Both the position numbers and the translations under genes were made by a program. DNA of 64,000 nt. Source: Hypanus sabinus. Taxonomy: Eukaryota. The stretch's first letter is position 1; each line of letters begins with the position of its first letter. This document shows positions 60,235 through 64,000 of this stretch, piece after piece. The notes below the pieces were generated by a model. That model was not told the DNA's origin. It worked only from the letters and a program-made list of their open reading frames with translations, and ran no database searches. Location of the stretch: assembly GCF_030144855.1 (NCBI RefSeq), contig NC_082721.1:43028001-43092000 (forward strand), in the 5' to 3' direction.

Positions 60235-61720
60235 CAGTGTTCTGCAATCTTTTTTAGTGCAATGCCTCCCCTAATGCATCTTCATACTTGCTAACCCTGC
60301 TCTTAGGCACAATGTACTTTCTGGCACCCCGATAGTGTAAAAACATATCTATCATAGACTGACATGAGGAAGTCAAGTCTGCTTTAAATTTTTATTTGTC
60401 TTTAAACCTTGCGAACACAGTACCTGTACACTAGCCTTGATATCGATGTGATCCTTGAGCTTGATGGTTTCGAGCAAGAGCTGAAATATCTGTTTCAAGT
60501 TGTGACAGCAAAAGCCTTATGTCTCCTCATGTAACAACGTCCAAGCAGTTTCAGGTTTCTTTTTTTGTGAGTATGTGGTTCACTGCACTGAAGCCACTTT
60601 CAACAAGGTAGGAGGATGGAAGTGCAATGAAGACCAAATTGGTTATTCTCCAGAGACCAGGGAACTTTGTATGAAAGTGTAGCCACATATCACAAAAGCC
60701 GACAGTTTTGAAAAACATTTTTCATTCTTCATCATTCTGAATTTTGATAATTTCATCTTGCAAGTTCTCTTACCATTCTTCCAGCTTGCAAAGAAATGAA
60801 AAAGACCCAGTCTGAAGTTTACAGATTGTTGAAATCCTTGAATCGATTCTGAAAATTCTTCTTTAGTGACTCTTAAGCAGTACTCTTACAAATCATACTA
60901 TCCATGCAGGGAAATTGTGAAAACATTCTTCTCCCAGTGTTTTGCTTACATGTATATTTCCAATTTTCTGATAAAAGTAGCTCAGTACGTTTTGCCTGGA
61001 TTAAATCAAAATTCTCACCCTGCAGTTTGCAGTTTCATATTTAGAATGCTCATTTTGTCATACAGATTGGCTAGGTATGCCACATCTTCATGTAGAAGCT
61101 TAATCTTGTTTCCCAATTTCTTGTCAACTTTGAGCAAAATTTCAATCACTTTGTCAAAAAGATTGAAGAAACATTTTAAGCAGCAGCCTTTTGACAATCA
61201 GTGTCATATATGGTGCTCCGTACGTTGTACAAGAAATCATATTCCTAATCGGTGTACTTTTATCCTCAAGATATATTTTGAGCTCATCTTAGATTGAGTC
61301 TCGGTTGTTATTTGTTTTTATCTTTTTACAAAAGAGAATCTCTTCATAAACTTTTCCATTTTTGATAAACCATACATAGGCCATTAGCAATGCCTTGTTG
61401 TTTTGTATAGTCGACTCATCCAGTTGTATCCCATATTCAGTTTTTTGTAGCTCTGTGATCATCTTCACTCATTTCATCAATACAACTAGCTACAGAGTTA
61501 TTACTCAGTGGAATTGATTTCAAAGTACTGTTATCTATTTTGAGAGTAACGGCGATCACTTCTGATCCAGCAGGCATTATTAAATTTTCCCTAATAGTAT
61601 GAGATTTTCCACACTTTGCTATCATTTTAGAAATGTTATAAGAAGCCACGAGACTACTATCAAGATCTTGAATGCATCCTGAATGACTTCTATTTCTCTT
61701 AATGCCCATTCAGGAAACAT
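60235..61720 (-). mobile_element. hAT (Buster/Charlie-like) DNA transposon remnant
   Basis: LVASYNISKMIAKCGKSHTIRENLI...IPLSNNSVASCIDEMSED, QLDEST, VAYLANLY. TIR-like cagtgttctgcaatcttttt at 60235 is preceded by the 8-mer acctacag (central TA, Buster-type target). Confidence 0.85.
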
Positions 61721-62579
61721 AACTGCCCCCATTGGGAGTCACTGGCCGAGAGGAATGCAGCAAATGCAGGCAAGCACCGCCACCTGCAGGGTCTCCTCCA
61801 AATTGCAAACTATCAAGTCCTGGAATCATATTACTGGTCCACTACCAAAGCTCAGGAACATTCTCTTAGACCTCACTGTCAGAATACATACACCAGTTCA
61901 GCAGCAGTGTAACAGTACAGTTTACCACCAATGTTCACAGACTGAGCAATGGATACTGGGCCTGCCAGTGATGCCCAAATTCCAGAAATTAATTTTTAAA
62001 ATTGAGTAATCTATGTACACTCATTCATACATTTACTGAATCACTGTTTAATTCAGTTATAGATATTATTCATAAGAGCTAGATTCTTGCAGATTAGTTT
62101 GTATGTGAAAGCAGAAGAAGGCAGGTTTAAGATCAGTCATCTTCTTTCCCCCAACTCATGAGATCAAAAGTTCAATCACTTCCTTAACTGGATTTTGAAC
62201 TGGAACTGGTTTACTATTGTCACATGCACTGAGGTACCATTACACAGCACATTGAAGTAATACAAGGAAATACAATAATGGAATTCATGGTAATGTGTAG
62301 GAACCTCAGAGAATGTGTAGTGCAGGTCGACAATTAGTGCAAGATCAACATGAGGTGGATTGGAAGGTCAAGAATTTATCTTATTGTAGAGAATCATTCA
62401 ATTGTCTTTTAACAGCAGGTAGAAAATATTCTTGAGCTTGCAGGTACATGCTTTCAAACTTTTTCTGATTAGCCTGATGAGAAAAGAGTTGAGAGATAAT
62501 GTCCAGGATTGAAAGTGTCTTTGATTATGCTGGTTGCTTTCATGAGCAGCAAGAAATATAGACAGAGTCCATGGAGGAG

Positions 62580-63300
62580 AGGATGGTTTTCTTGATGTGC
62601 TGAGATGTATGCACAACTGTCTCAGTACCATTGATATGGACAGGATCATATGCCAATGATCTAGTGAATTCCTGAAGTAACTGACCAGGTCAGTTGCTTG
62701 GTTGACATTGAGGGGAATGTTGTCATGACACCAAGTTACTGAGCTCACAGTCTTCTTCCTGTATCCCAGCTCATTATTCTTTGAGTTATGGCCCACCAAC
62801 GTGGCACCATCTGCAAACTTGTAGATGGAGTTAGAGCAAAACTGGGCAGCATTGACTGCAGATGAATATCATCTCCAGGTTGAATATGGCATATATATAT
62901 TGATAATAAATTTACTTTGAATTTTGAACTTAGACTGTACAGGGAGTAGAGTAGTGGCTAAGTACAAAATCCTGTGGAACACCAGTGGAAAATACTCATG
63001 GCAGTGGTAGTGCTGCCTAGCCTTACTGACTAGGATTTCTTGGTCAGGAAGTCAAACTTCTTGTTGCAAAAGTAGGTCTTGACTCCAAGGTCTTGGAGCT
63101 TTGAGATAAATTTGCCTGGGATGACAATATTGAAGCTGCAGCTGTAGTCAATAAACAATTGACTGACATAGGTGTCTTTACTTTCCCGAACCTGTAGAGA
63201 TGGCTGTAGAGTCAGGGAGATGATGCCCATCATAGACGAATTGTAATGGGTTGAGGTTGATTGGGAAGCTGAAGTTATTGTGTGCCATGACAAGCCCCTT
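62580..63300 (-). mobile_element. Rex1/Babar-like RT fragments
   Basis: QLFIDYSCSFNIVIPGKFISKLQDLG...FDFLT. Confidence 0.75.
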
Positions 63301-63899
63301 AAAATGTTGAAGTCTAGATTGCTTCCACATTGGAGAAAGGATCAGTGTGTGATGTGTCAGCCAAGGGCCTTTTGCACAGACTGTGAAACTTAGAGTGATG
63401 CAAAGGCACTTGTTGATCTTAAGAAGTGGTGGGGTATTTTCATTGTGTGGATCATCTGTGTTATTGAATCCACCAGCACTGAATCAGAGTGAATAAAATG
63501 GTATCTGTTTAGGAAGTATTCTCCAGCCTGAATTGAGAAAGTCCACCTTTCAATCAATAAGAATCATGGTCTACAGCCAACGTTTGACAATACTATAGTG
63601 AAGGATTTTGATATCAGGTCTTGGGGGGATTTCTGTATTAAATGTAGAGCAGAAGCTATTGTAGTATCATGTTGGCAAAGTCAAGCAAAGTCCCTCCCTC
63701 ATTCAGCTTGGTGGTATTTGTCTGAAATGGAGGAATAAAGAATGGAGTTTGTCCTATTGTACATGACCAAGGCCAAGAAACCCTAGGTGTACAATGATTT
63801 TCTACTTGATTATATAATAAGTGTGGATGGGATAAAATGGCTGGACCATATTTGACAGGATTGACTCAAACTAGATATAGGTTCCAAAGTGCTTGTAAC

Positions 63900-63975
63900 A
63901 AATGTTGACTCTTCATTCGTTTCCTTAGAGACTGTATGACCTTCCTAGTTCCTCCAGCAATTTGTCAGTGTTGCA
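63900..63975 (+). mobile_element. Penelope-like 3' end remnant
   Basis: gttgactcttcattc...agttcctccagcaatttg matches the PLE terminal region seen at 16.1, 17.7 and 21.5 kb. Confidence 0.5.
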
Positions 63976-64000
63976 CTGTGGGTGACCATGCTCTCCTGTG

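Overview
Vertebrate genomic DNA, most likely from a cartilaginous fish (shark/ray): it carries HE1/V-SINE-like repeats, shark-type CR1 LINE ends and a cluster-type immunoglobulin light-chain locus. Most of the window is decayed or nested transposable elements: CR1, Ty3/Gypsy, Penelope-like, Nimb/I-group, Rex1/Babar, L1, R4/Dong-like, Tc1, hAT-Buster, SINEs and solo LTRs. There are two assembly gaps. The only host gene I can support is a compact minus-strand Ig light-chain cluster at about 46.1-48.8 kb (promoter-L-V-12RSS...23RSS-J-C-polyA) with sigma-isotype signatures. Its promoter, leader, splice sites, V-RSS, J and C are intact, but the V exon is inactivated by two mutually compensating deletions and stop codons. 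Other notable structure: hammerhead-ribozyme-like motifs in three Penelope-like ends, a head-to-head inverted Penelope insertion with a 16-bp target duplication, a four-layer nested transposon stack, a near full-length Nimb LINE, and an old multi-copy segmental duplication. No CRISPR, rRNA or genuine tRNA genes were seen. I did not find a clearly new biological system. All alignments and family assignments were made by eye, and transposon boundaries are approximate unless a TSD or terminal motif is quoted.
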